Shown: positions 39,870 through 49,741 of the stretch, in pieces | Layout: every line of letters begins with the position of its first letter | Numbering within the stretch: position 1 is the first letter of the stretch | DNA from: an uncultured Geobacteraceae bacterium | GTDB lineage: Bacteria; Desulfobacterota; Desulfuromonadia; Geobacterales; Pseudopelobacteraceae | NCBI GenBank assembly: GCA_903862245.1 | Contig: CAIOXL010000110.1 | Span: 15,336-79,335 of the forward strand | Direction of reading: 5' to 3' | Length of the DNA stretch: 64,000 bases | Program-made: the position numbers and the translations under genes | Notes under the pieces: model-generated | Database searches by the model: none | What the model saw: only the letters and a program-made list of their open reading frames with translations | What the model was told of the DNA's origin: nothing

Positions 39870-42686
39870 ATGCCGACCACATCCCGTTTCACCGATTTTC
39901 AGGGGGCAATCGCCGCTTACGGTAAAGAGAATCTCGGCGAGCTGCTCTATGCACTGGCCGAAAATGCCACGCAGCTGTCCGGCTGCGAGCAGGTCCGCAT
40001 CTATCTGGAAGACCTGACACGCGGGACACTCACCTGTGCCCATGCCGTCGGTCCACTCGCCAAGGAGCTGCTGGAAACAAGTTTCCCGATTGTTTCGGCC
40101 ACCGCGGTTGTCTCCAGCGTGTTTGTCAGCCAGTTGGCGCAGGACTTCAAACTCTCCAGGGCGGGCAAGAGTTCGCCCGATTACGACTATGCGGTCCGCT
40201 TCAGGTTCCGCTCCAGCTACATTATGCCGGTTGTCAGTCTGGGAAAATCCATCGGCGTACTTTGTATTGACCAGAATCTGTCTGGCGAACTGCCGGGGAA
40301 CCGGGTCAAAATACTGTTGGCCAAGCTGGCGGGCCTGGTTGCCGCCCCCCTTGACCAGGCCAGAATTTACCACCAGCAGGTCCGTCTGGCCCGGCGGCTT
40401 GAGGAGTTCAAGGCGCGCGAAGCTGCCGGGATGATGGTCAGATCGGCGGTCAAACTCATTGAAAAGGTGTCCCTGGCGGCGGTACTTGTACCGACCCATC
40501 AGGACGGTGGCGCAGGTGTCCTGGAAAACCTTGCCAGCTTTTCGGCAGATGAACAGCTGAAGAAGAAATATGACCTGCTGGGGGTTCTTGATCTCCGCAA
40601 GGGGATGTCACTGATTTCAAACTATATTAACGATCAGGGCATTATCACCGATGAGCGCCTGTTGCAGCCGCTGTTTATCCCCGACCTGACACAGCACAAT
40701 CTGCAGAAACGTGCCTTGACTGAATCCATGGAGCTCCGGTCACTCTACGTAGTCCCGCGCTTCAACCCGGAAACACGCAGGATAATCTGCCTGCTTAACT
40801 ACTACTCCCACGATCTCTACCAGTTCAGCGATTTTGAAATGGGGCTGCTGCAGACCCACGCCGAAATGGTCGAGAAGGTCATCAGCGAGGTCGGGGGGGA
40901 GCATCTTGAAATCCGGGTTCTTTCTGAAATAAGCGACCTGCTGAACGAGCGGACCGAAAGCCTGCAGCCGTTTTTGACCAGGGTCCTCTCCAAGGCAACG
41001 GAGCTGATCGGTGCTGACACCGGCAGCATCGCTGTCGTAACGGAACGGGACGGCACACGATGGCTTGAGGTGGAGGATGAGTCCGGCGCGATTATCGGCG
41101 CCAAAAACAAGGAGTGGCTGAAAAAATATATACCGCCGCTTATGGTTGGCGGTAACGAGTTGCTGCGGGAGGATCGCAGTCTGACAGGATACGTCGCTTT
41201 TACCAAGCAGCCGAAGATCACTGCCAGAGTTGAAGCTGAAATGCAGGGGGATGGCTTTCACCGCTCCATGAGCGCTCTTCTGAAAAGTGAAATCGCCGTG
41301 CCGGTCATCTGCGATGATGAAGTTATTGCCGTTGTCTGCCTCAATTCACTGCAGTACGACTATTTCCGCGAAGAGCATCGCCGCATCCTGCAGATCATCG
41401 GTTCCCTGACGGCACGTCACATATCCGACCTGCAGCGAATCGAGCGCCTTCAGGGGGAGGTAAACCGCCTCACCACCGATGTTGCCTACAAAGACCCGCA
41501 CGTTTCCTCATACCGGTTGGGCAACATCATCGGCAACAGCCGGAAATCCCAGGAGGTCGTTGATTTCATCAACACCGTCTCCCCCCCGCTCTTTAACCGG
41601 ATTGTTTTCTGGTCACGCAACATCCTGCAGGAAGCGACCATCGGCCTTCCCTCAATTCTGGTCACCGGGCAGACCGGCTCCGGCAAGGAGTTCTTCTTCA
41701 ACAATCTTTACAATAAACTGAATGAGCTGTACCGCCGGGATATTAATCCGAGCGGCGAACTACCGGTCAAGAAAACAAACATCGCCGCGTACTCCGGAGA
41801 CCTGACGTACTCGGAACTGTTCGGCCATAAAAAAGGCGCGTTTACCGGGGCATACACCGACCGGCGCGGAATTCTTGAAGAGACTATCGGCGGTATCGTC
41901 TTTCTGGACGAAATTGGCGATGCCGATCCCAAAACCCAGGTGCAGCTGCTCCGCTTTCTCGACAATGGCGGTTTCATGCGTCTTGGTGACAGCACGGAAC
42001 GCTTCAGCAGGGTTCTGCTCGTTGCAGCAACCAATAAGAATCTGGCCGACGAGATTGCAGCTGGCCGCTTCCGCGAAGATCTCTATCATCGTCTTTCGGA
42101 GCTGGCCATTCGCCTCCCCTCACTCAACGAGCGGCGCGAAGACATCCCCGACCTGTCGGTCCATTTTCTCGGCAAGCTGTACCGCACCTACCGCGCCGAG
42201 GGGGAAACACATGATAAACCGCCCTATCTGGCCAAGGACGCCAAGGAGATCCTCACGCGCCACAGCTACATGGGCAACATCCGCGAGCTGCGCAGTATTC
42301 TGCTGCGGGCACTTTTTTTCAGACGCAAAAGCGTCATTACGGGCGAAGCAATCACCCAGGCCATCGCAGGCACCGGGCGGCTGGAGGCGCGTTCACAGCA
42401 ATCGGCTGCCCAGGATCTGGACCGACGGAGAGCGGATGAACTGGTCGCTAAAATTGCTGCAGGGGGAGATTTCTGGGGCGATATTTACGAACCGTTTTCG
42501 CGCAATGACATTTCACGGGAAACAGTGCGCCAGGTCATTGAAAAAGCACGGGCACAGGCCGGAAAAACCTTGCCGGCAGTGGCGCGCTACCTGAATGTTT
42601 TTCCGGAGGGCATGGAGAAGGAAGAAAAGCAGCGGCAGTTGTTCCGCTTCAAGAATTTTTTATACAAGACGGTCAGGATCGGTTAG
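39870..42686 (+). CDS. Sigma-54-dependent transcriptional activator with about three N-terminal GAF-like domains
   Basis: 938 aa. Walker A GQTGSGKE, the sigma-54 contact loop GAFTGA, Walker B VFLDEIGD, Arg finger NIRELR, and a divergent C-terminal HTH (TLPAVARYLNV). Confidence 0.85.
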   Translation: MPTTSRFTDFQGAIAAYGKENLGELLYALAENATQLSGCEQVRIYLEDLTRGTLTCAHAVGPLAKELLETSFPIVSATAVVSSVFVSQLAQDFKLSRAGKSSPDYDYAVRFRFRSSYIMPVVSLGKSIGVLCIDQNLSGELPGNRVKILLAKLAGLVAAPLDQARIYHQQVRLARRLEEFKAREAAGMMVRSAVKLIEKVSLAAVLVPTHQDGGAGVLENLASFSADEQLKKKYDLLGVLDLRKGMSLISNYINDQGIITDERLLQPLFIPDLTQHNLQKRALTESMELRSLYVVPRFNPETRRIICLLNYYSHDLYQFSDFEMGLLQTHAEMVEKVISEVGGEHLEIRVLSEISDLLNERTESLQPFLTRVLSKATELIGADTGSIAVVTERDGTRWLEVEDESGAIIGAKNKEWLKKYIPPLMVGGNELLREDRSLTGYVAFTKQPKITARVEAEMQGDGFHRSMSALLKSEIAVPVICDDEVIAVVCLNSLQYDYFREEHRRILQIIGSLTARHISDLQRIERLQGEVNRLTTDVAYKDPHVSSYRLGNIIGNSRKSQEVVDFINTVSPPLFNRIVFWSRNILQEATIGLPSILVTGQTGSGKEFFFNNLYNKLNELYRRDINPSGELPVKKTNIAAYSGDLTYSELFGHKKGAFTGAYTDRRGILEETIGGIVFLDEIGDADPKTQVQLLRFLDNGGFMRLGDSTERFSRVLLVAATNKNLADEIAAGRFREDLYHRLSELAIRLPSLNERREDIPDLSVHFLGKLYRTYRAEGETHDKPPYLAKDAKEILTRHSYMGNIRELRSILLRALFFRRKSVITGEAITQAIAGTGRLEARSQQSAAQDLDRRRADELVAKIAAGGDFWGDIYEPFSRNDISRETVRQVIEKARAQAGKTLPAVARYLNVFPEGMEKEEKQRQLFRFKNFLYKTVRIG

Positions 42687-42709
42687 CGATCGCGTCGGTA
42701 CAAGCCGGC

Positions 42710-42753
42710 AACAAAACTGCCTCGCCGGAGATTAGCGGCGGGGCAGTTTTGTT
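42710..42753. terminator. Bidirectional terminator-like hairpin between the convergent activator gene and leuA
   Basis: AACAAAACTGCC/GGCAGTTTTGTT 12-bp outer stem plus CGCCG/CGGCG inner stem. U-containing tails on both strands. Confidence 0.55.
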
Positions 42754-42910
42754 ATGTTCATACGAGACAGCATTTCACATACTTAATACAAGATTGAGGT
42801 GCAAAAAGGGACATCACCTGTAGACAATAAATACCCGTTTAGCAGGTTATGCAGTAAAACAGCTGACCTATCCCCTGTATCCCGTTATTTGCAACAGTTG
42901 CAACGTAATG

Positions 42911-44464
42911 TTACACGGCGTCGATTAAGCGTTTCTGCCTGCTGTTCAGGCGATTGAGCGCGTGGATATACGCCTTGGCGGAAGCGACGATAATATCAGT
43001 CGAGGCACCCTTGCCGACAACAGTGTGTTTCCCTTCACTTACCCGGACAGTTACCTCACCCTGGGCATCGGTGCCGCCGGTAATAGAGCCGACGTTGTAC
43101 TGCGTCAGCTTTGACTTGGATTTGGTTAGCTTCTTGATAGCCTTGAATGTGGAGTCAACCGGCCCGTCGCCAAGCTCGGCAGTCCGCACCGTAACACCGT
43201 TGACTTCCATCTGGACCGTTGCCGTTGCCACGGCAAATGAACCGCAGGTAACGGTGACATGATCCAGTTTGTACAGATCCTCCTCGCGGGCCTCATCGGA
43301 AACGATGGCGTCCAGATCTTCATCAAAGACCTCTTTCTTCAGGTCGGCGAGGCCCTTGAACCGGTCAAAAGCGCGGTTCAGCTTTACATCGTCCAGATCG
43401 TGCCCCAACTCCTCCAACCGCTTTTTAAAGGCATGGCGACCGGAATGTTTACCCAGTACCAGCGCACTGGCCAGAAGTCCGACTGATTCAGGGGTCATGA
43501 TTTCATAAGTGGTTTTTTCCATCATCATACCGTGCTGATGGATACCGGCCTCGTGGGCAAAAGCGTTTGCCCCGACAATCGACTTATTCGGCTGTACCCC
43601 GATACCGGTAACCGCCGTCAATAAACGGCTGGCCGGCGTAAGCTGCTCTGTCACCACATTGGTCGCAAACGGGAGGATGTCGCGTCTGGTTTTTAAAATC
43701 ATGACAAATTCTTCCAGCGAACAGTTTCCAGCCCGCTCACCGATGCCGTTGATCGTGCACTCAACCTGGCCTGCACCGGCCTGAATTGCAGCAACCGAGT
43801 TGGCCACCGAAAGGCCCAGATCGTTATGGCAGTGCACCGAAATAATAGCTTTATCAATATTTGGCACATTGTCTTTGAGATATTTTATGATGTTGAAATA
43901 TTCGAACGGGATCGTGTAACCGACCGTATCCGGAATATTGACTGTTGTTGCGCCGGCGGCAATAACTGCCTCTACCACTTCAGCAAGGAACGGCAAGCGG
44001 GTGCGGACCGCATCCTCGCAGGAGAATTCAACATTGGCAGTATAGGAGGCGGCGCGTTTAACCGCCTTGACCGCAGAAGCAAGAACTTTTGCAGGCTCCA
44101 TCTGCAGCTTGTACTTCATATGGATGTCGGACGTCGCGATAAACGTATGGATGCGGCCCTTTTCACCGGCGTATTTCAGGGCTTCCCAGGCACGGTCGAT
44201 GTCTTTTTCGCTTGAACGGCACAGCCCGGCTATTTCAGGGCCTTTGATCGTCTGGGCAATTTTTTTCACCGCCTCAAAGTCACCATCAGACGCAATCGGA
44301 AAACCGGCTTCGATCACATCCACATTCAGTTTCTGCAACTGGCGGGCGATCCGCAGTTTTTCCTCGATATTCATGCTGTTGCCCGGTGCCTGCTCCCCAT
44401 CCCGCAACGTCGTATCAAAGATTCTGATTATCTGCCGGCCATCGTTTTTCACTCCCTTTGCCAT
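42911..44464 (-). CDS. leuA: 2-isopropylmalate synthase
   Basis: 517 aa. Motifs TTLRDGEQ and HCHNDLG, plus the C-terminal LeuA dimerisation/regulatory domain. Confidence 0.95.
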   Translation of the reverse strand: MAKGVKNDGRQIIRIFDTTLRDGEQAPGNSMNIEEKLRIARQLQKLNVDVIEAGFPIASDGDFEAVKKIAQTIKGPEIAGLCRSSEKDIDRAWEALKYAGEKGRIHTFIATSDIHMKYKLQMEPAKVLASAVKAVKRAASYTANVEFSCEDAVRTRLPFLAEVVEAVIAAGATTVNIPDTVGYTIPFEYFNIIKYLKDNVPNIDKAIISVHCHNDLGLSVANSVAAIQAGAGQVECTINGIGERAGNCSLEEFVMILKTRRDILPFATNVVTEQLTPASRLLTAVTGIGVQPNKSIVGANAFAHEAGIHQHGMMMEKTTYEIMTPESVGLLASALVLGKHSGRHAFKKRLEELGHDLDDVKLNRAFDRFKGLADLKKEVFDEDLDAIVSDEAREEDLYKLDHVTVTCGSFAVATATVQMEVNGVTVRTAELGDGPVDSTFKAIKKLTKSKSKLTQYNVGSITGGTDAQGEVTVRVSEGKHTVVGKGASTDIIVASAKAYIHALNRLNSRQKRLIDAV

Positions 44465-44530
44465 TGTCTGTACCCCTTTCCCTGTCCTTAGACGATATTT
44501 TTCACCTGCATTGAATCAGTTTAAGCGCAT

Positions 44531-44567
44531 AAAAAAAACCTCTACCCCATATTTGGGGCAGAGGTTT
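44531..44567 (-). terminator. Terminator of the T-box expression platform
   Basis: AACCUCUGCCCC-AAAUAU-GGGGUAGAGGUU followed by U8. The 5' arm can alternatively pair with the T-box sequence to form an antiterminator. Confidence 0.75.
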
Positions 44568-44768
44568 TGAACCATCCGCGGTACCACCCAATTCACCCGG
44601 TTACCTCCCGGGCCTTCAACGCCTTTAACGCAGGCTCACGACTCTGACTACCTGTCACCAGAGCGGCTCCAAGGCGAGTTCACCACAATGCTTACCGGTT
44701 CGCACCACCCACCGGCTCTCTGAAAAGCATGTAACTGGCTACTACTCCTCTTCATCGCCTTTACTATT
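44531..44768 (-). promoter_or_regulatory. T-box leader (tRNA-sensing riboswitch), probable Leu (CUC) specifier, controlling leuA
   Basis: Minus strand carries an AGAGAG bulge plus a GGUGCGAA distal-loop motif and a GAA-CUC-G specifier-loop candidate (CUC = 44676-44678). The T-box sequence AAUUGGGUGGUACCGCG (44577-44593) precedes a terminator. A sigma-70-like promoter TTGACT-18-TACTAT lies at 44804-44775. Confidence 0.8.
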
Positions 44769-44823
44769 TGCGGCATAGTAGAAAATCTATCTACGTAAAG
44801 TCAAGAAGTTTTGAATATTTCCG

Positions 44824-45420
44824 TTATTTCGAGTGTTTGGCCAGGTATGAAGCAACGCCCTCAGCGGTCGGCTTCATTGCTTCCTCACCCTGTTTCCAGT
44901 TGGCTGGACAGACTTCACCGTGCGTCTCAACAAAATCCAGCGCATCAACCATGCGCAGCGCTTCTTCAACGTTGCGTCCCAGCGGCAGGTCGTTGATGAC
45001 GGAGTGACGGACAACACCTTTTTTATCGATCAGGAACAGACCGCGCAGTGCAACAGAGCCGCCAAAGAGGATGCCGTATGATTTAGCGATCTCTTTATTC
45101 AGATCCTCAACGAGCGGATACTGGATACTGCCGATACCGCCATCTTCAATAGCGGTTTTTTTCCAGGCAAGGTGGGTAAATCTGGAGTCAACAGAAACGC
45201 CGATAAGTTCGCAGTTCTTGGCCTTGAATTCAGCAACTTTTTTGTTAAAGGCAAGAATTTCAGAAGGACAGACAAAGGTGAAGTCGAGGGGGTAGAAGAA
45301 AAGTACTACATATTTCCCTTTCAGTGCCGAAAGGGTAACAGTACCGAAGCTGTTGTCCGGCAGTACTGCATTGGCGGTGAAATCAGGGGCTGGCTGGGTT
45401 ACAAGAGTGGTAAGACACAT
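44824..45420 (-). CDS. Typical 2-Cys peroxiredoxin (AhpC/Prx1 family)
   Basis: Peroxidatic Cys in FTFVCPSE and resolving Cys in EVCPANW. AAAGGAGA RBS before the ATG at 45420. Confidence 0.92.
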   Translation of the reverse strand: MCLTTLVTQPAPDFTANAVLPDNSFGTVTLSALKGKYVVLFFYPLDFTFVCPSEILAFNKKVAEFKAKNCELIGVSVDSRFTHLAWKKTAIEDGGIGSIQYPLVEDLNKEIAKSYGILFGGSVALRGLFLIDKKGVVRHSVINDLPLGRNVEEALRMVDALDFVETHGEVCPANWKQGEEAMKPTAEGVASYLAKHSK

Positions 45421-45606
45421 GATACGATCTCCTTTAGTTATCAAATTTACTGATTGCTATCTAATACCAGCCAATATGACGCTTGTCAATAGGATAAAAA
45501 CGATCTTTTATTGTCTATCCCAGTTTTTTAGCCGGTGCCTCAGATCCCGCTGCAAATTCAGTAGTTCACTACCGAGACCCCCAGCCATACTGCTAACGGT
45601 GTTTAT

Positions 45607-46110
45607 TTACATCTTATTTTTTAAAACAACCACTTCCTCCAGAGCTTTTACCAACGCCTTTTCGTCCTCAATAGATAATGAAGAACGGAGCAGTTTACCG
45701 TTGAATCTTTTCAACTCATCCACAACAGCATCGGAAATTGATTTGTGAACACGAAAGAAAATGGCTGAACTGGCCGGAGCCAGCAGGTCAGCAACACCTT
45801 TGACAAACTCGTCAGTAATGCCGATATGCTTGAGCACCTTAACAGTCTCTCCTACTGCGGCGCCGATGATCCCCCCGACAAGAAGGCCGGCAGGCCCGCC
45901 GACGACCATACCAAACAGGCTGCCCATGGCAGCGTCGCTCATGACAAGAAGGTTGCTGTGCTTTATTTTTATGGTGCCATCCTTTTTTCTCACCACAACA
46001 ACGGCATCATCAAGGTTGATCTTGTGGATCTGCTGCATTTTCTCCAGGTCCAGAAGAACCTCATCCGCACTAAACTCACCCTTAAAGCCGACTGTAATCA
46101 ACTCGCTCAT
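45607..46110 (-). CDS. DUF1269-like membrane protein
   Basis: N-terminal sequence ELITVGFKGEFSADEVLLDL and a Gly-rich TM region (GMVVGGPAGLLVGGIIGAAVG). AAGGAG lies 7 nt before the ATG at 46110. Confidence 0.7.
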   Translation of the reverse strand: MSELITVGFKGEFSADEVLLDLEKMQQIHKINLDDAVVVVRKKDGTIKIKHSNLLVMSDAAMGSLFGMVVGGPAGLLVGGIIGAAVGETVKVLKHIGITDEFVKGVADLLAPASSAIFFRVHKSISDAVVDELKRFNGKLLRSSLSIEDEKALVKALEEVVVLKNKM

Positions 46111-46244
46111 AATCATACTCCTTACCGTCGTATTTGATTATCTCGTCTGATTGTCCGGCGTTTCCCGAAGAACGTCAACTACATAAATTCTTTGCTGCTC
46201 TGGCGCAGAAGAATCGCGGTAAAACAGAGCGACCGCGTACTGTA

Positions 46245-46547
46245 TCATTTCACACCCTCAACCAGAATATCATCTCCATCCAGCTGAACCGGGAACGTTG
46301 CCAGGGTAAAATCCGGGTGTTCGGCGCACCTCCCGTCCGTCAGGCTGAAACGGTAGCCGTGGCGTGGGCATGAAATATAACCATCCTTGACGACCGCTGC
46401 GCTCATTGGACTCCCCTGATGGGGACATTCGTTCTCCACGGCGTAGATTTTCCCTTTAAGGTTCACCAGCAAAAGTTCCCTGCCGGCAACGGTGACAACC
46501 TTTTTCCCGAAACTGGGAACTTCACTGATTTTTGCAACCCGTTCCAT
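46245..46547 (-). CDS. Small Rieske [2Fe-2S] protein (NirD/ferredoxin-subunit-like)
   Basis: CPHQG...CPRHG Rieske ligands. AAAGGAG RBS before the ATG at 46547. The upstream part of the ORF is ignored. Confidence 0.8.
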   Translation of the reverse strand: MERVAKISEVPSFGKKVVTVAGRELLLVNLKGKIYAVENECPHQGSPMSAAVVKDGYISCPRHGYRFSLTDGRCAEHPDFTLATFPVQLDGDDILVEGVK

Positions 46548-46772
46548 ACCATACTCCTTTTCGATTACATGAATGGTTGAACCTACCTGAAAAAAACCAC
46601 CGCCGTCAATTTCTCTTGCTCTTCTGCACCATTTTTTTGCAGCGGTTAAAAATATTTTTGCGGCAGCCGTGCCTAATAAATAATCAGACGGGGGGCACAA
46701 ATCGCCTTTACCTGATGCCGTTTAAAGGTACTTAGCAGCACAACTTACTATAATCGCGCAATAATTTGTTAT

Positions 46773-46788
46773 TGGCACACTCTCTGCT
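46773..46788 (+). promoter_or_regulatory. Sigma-54 (-24/-12) promoter
   Basis: TGGCAC-ACTCT-CTGCT with exact GG-N10-GC spacing. It lies about 150 nt upstream of the OMP gene. An NtrC-type site TGCACCATTTTTTTGCA is at 46625-46641. Confidence 0.65.
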
Positions 46789-46939
46789 GTTAAAAAACAT
46801 GAAAATGCACTCCGACATTAGTACGAGTTTGTTGTGGCCAACAGCAGGTAGCTCAGGCAGAACGTGCCGCGATGGAACCAATGAAGTTTTCATCTGCTCA
46901 TCGTTCAAGAAAACACATTTAAAAAAGGAGAAGTCAGAC

Positions 46940-47692
46940 ATGAAAAGTATAAAATCGTTAGTGATAGCAGTCGCAATTGTAGCACTTGCTTGTAGTTCTG
47001 CCATGGCAACCCCTTCAACACAGATCTGGATTCCATCAACTGATGCAAAAGATTTCAAGAATATACACATCGATATTGACAATTACGCACGTTTTTCTTC
47101 TCAGCCCGATGCCGGCACTAACATGTACAACGTAGGCCTCAGCGCCGGAGTCCTCCCGTTCGATAACCTCAAGCTGGAAGTTGGCGTAGACTTTCTCAAG
47201 CAGGACATTAAAGCGTATGACGATCACCCCCTCTATCTTAATGCCAAGCTGGCAACCCCCGAAGGCGCTTTCGATATCAAAGAGCTTCCGGCATTTGCCG
47301 TCGGCGCCTTTAATCTCGGCAACACCTCCGTGACCCAGCAGAACATTATCTATGGACTTGTCGCGAAAACGTTCCCGGTGGTTGGCCGTCTCTCCGTTGG
47401 CGCTTATAACGGTTCCGAGAAAACCCTTGGGGTGAAAAGCAACAACGGTATTATGGCTTCTCTGGATCGCAACATGCCGGAGATTTCCGATAAACTCTGG
47501 CTGGCGGTTGATTACATGAGCGGCAAAAACGTAAATAGTGAAATCAGCGTCGGCGGGGCCTGGACCTTCTCCAAGCAGGTTTCCCTAATCGTCGGCGTCG
47601 TATTTTTCAACCCTTTCCAGAACTCTGTTGACGGGCTTTTCCCCGGTGGCAAACCGACTCTGACTACCCAGCTCGACATCAGTCTACCCTAG
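46940..47692 (+). CDS. Secreted / outer-membrane protein of unknown function (porin-like), first gene after the sigma-54 promoter
   Basis: Signal peptide MKSIKSLVIAVAIVALACSSAMA with an AAGGAG RBS. Alternating beta-strand-like pattern. No terminal aromatic residue, so the beta-barrel call is tentative. Confidence 0.55.
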   Translation: MKSIKSLVIAVAIVALACSSAMATPSTQIWIPSTDAKDFKNIHIDIDNYARFSSQPDAGTNMYNVGLSAGVLPFDNLKLEVGVDFLKQDIKAYDDHPLYLNAKLATPEGAFDIKELPAFAVGAFNLGNTSVTQQNIIYGLVAKTFPVVGRLSVGAYNGSEKTLGVKSNNGIMASLDRNMPEISDKLWLAVDYMSGKNVNSEISVGGAWTFSKQVSLIVGVVFFNPFQNSVDGLFPGGKPTLTTQLDISLP

Positions 47693-47707
47693 CTGTTCCT
47701 CCTGTGA

Positions 47708-48127
<420 letters not shown>

Positions 48128-48165
48128 CCACACCATATAAAAAACACCTGCTACGGAGGAACACC

Positions 48166-49668
48166 ATGAAATTGAAACTGTATCTTGCATCCCTTATGCT
48201 TGTTATCCTGGCCGGACTGGTTCCGGTCGCCGCAATGGCCGAAGAAAAGAAAGATGCCGCCCCGGCAGCTGGTGCCGTAACTGCACCCCCGGCGACCGCT
48301 CCGGCTGCCGCACCGGCAGATCCAGCAAAGCCTGCTGATGCCGCAGCACCGGCAGCCGCAGCACCGGCGGCACCACCCGATGTCAAACCGGTTCTGAATA
48401 CCGGCGACACCGCCTGGATGCTGGTTTCATCAGCGCTGGTACTGCTGATGATCCCCGGTCTGGCACTGTTCTACGGCGGCATGGTCCGTCAGAAAAACGT
48501 TCTCTCAACCTTCATGCACTCGTTTGTTGCCATGGGTATCGTCGGTGTGCAGTGGGCTGTTATCGGCTATTCCCTCTCCTTTGGCCCGGATATGGCTAAA
48601 ATGGGACTGATCGGCGACTTCAGCAAATTCATGCTGAACGGACTGATCATCATGAAGGATGCCGCCAGCGGCACGGTTGATTTTGCCCTGTTTCAGAACT
48701 TCAGCAAAGAGCCGGGCGCTATCCCTGAGCTGGTCTTTGCCATGTACCAGGCGATGTTTGCCATGATCACCGTCGCCCTTATCTCCGGCGCCATGGCAGA
48801 ACGCGTTAAATTCTCCGCATACTGCGTTTTCGTCCTCCTCTGGACCACACTGGTATATGACCCGCTGGCACACTGGGTCTGGATGACCGACGGCTGGCTG
48901 TTCAAAAAAGGCGCACTCGACTTTGCCGGCGGAACAGTTGTTCACCTTTCTTCAGGTATCTCGGCCCTGGCCTTCCTGATGTTCCTCGGCAAGCGCCACG
49001 GCTACCCCACTGAGCGCATGGCACCACACAATCTGCCGCTGACCCTGCTCGGCGTCGGCCTGCTCTGGTTCGGTTGGTTCGGCTTCAACGCCGGCTCGGC
49101 AGTAGTCGGTGTCAACACCTCTGACGCCGCCGGCGGCTTGGCTGGACTCGCGTTCGCTACCACAACAATCGCTCCCGCCGCTGCCGGACTTTCCTGGATG
49201 ATCGCTGAATGGATCCACTCCGGCAAGCCGAGTGCTCTTGGCTTCGGGTCCGGTGTTGTTGCCGGCCTGGTTGTCATCACCCCCGCAGCCGGTTTTGTAC
49301 AGCCTGGTGCTGCATTGCTGATGGGTCTTATGGCCGGTCTGGTCTGCTACGGCGGCATCCTGCTGAAAGCCAAGTTAAAATATGACGATTCACTTGACGC
49401 ATTCGGCGTACATGGCATCGGCGGAACCTTCGGCGCCATCATGACCGGCGTATTTGCCACCGTTGGCGCCACCGGCCTGCTGGCCGGAAATTTCAAGCAG
49501 CTTATGATCCAGCTGATTGCTGTTGTGGCTGCCGGAGCCTATGCCTTTATCGTAACTCTGGTACTTGCCTTCATCCTCGACAAGACCATGGGTCTCCGTG
49601 TTGAAAAAGAAGACGAGATCATGGGCCTCGACCAGACGCAGCATTCAGAAAGCGGCTACAACATGTAA
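48166..49668 (+). CDS. amtB: Ammonium transporter AmtB
   Basis: 500 aa. Amt/MEP signature regions (DFAGGTVVH, GVHGIGG). Signal peptide plus a ~55-aa Ala/Pro-rich N-terminal linker. Confidence 0.95.
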   Translation: MKLKLYLASLMLVILAGLVPVAAMAEEKKDAAPAAGAVTAPPATAPAAAPADPAKPADAAAPAAAAPAAPPDVKPVLNTGDTAWMLVSSALVLLMIPGLALFYGGMVRQKNVLSTFMHSFVAMGIVGVQWAVIGYSLSFGPDMAKMGLIGDFSKFMLNGLIIMKDAASGTVDFALFQNFSKEPGAIPELVFAMYQAMFAMITVALISGAMAERVKFSAYCVFVLLWTTLVYDPLAHWVWMTDGWLFKKGALDFAGGTVVHLSSGISALAFLMFLGKRHGYPTERMAPHNLPLTLLGVGLLWFGWFGFNAGSAVVGVNTSDAAGGLAGLAFATTTIAPAAAGLSWMIAEWIHSGKPSALGFGSGVVAGLVVITPAAGFVQPGAALLMGLMAGLVCYGGILLKAKLKYDDSLDAFGVHGIGGTFGAIMTGVFATVGATGLLAGNFKQLMIQLIAVVAAGAYAFIVTLVLAFILDKTMGLRVEKEDEIMGLDQTQHSESGYNM

Positions 49669-49695
49669 CCCTGCTGTACCATCCTCACACCACAG

Positions 49696-49727
49696 GAAGC
49701 CGCCCCATCGTGGGCGGCTTCTTTCTC
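49696..49727 (+). terminator. Intrinsic terminator after amtB
   Basis: GAAGCCGCCC-CAUCGU-GGGCGGCUUC 10-bp stem followed by UUUCUC. Confidence 0.6.
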
Positions 49728-49741
49728 ATCCGGAGCACCAT

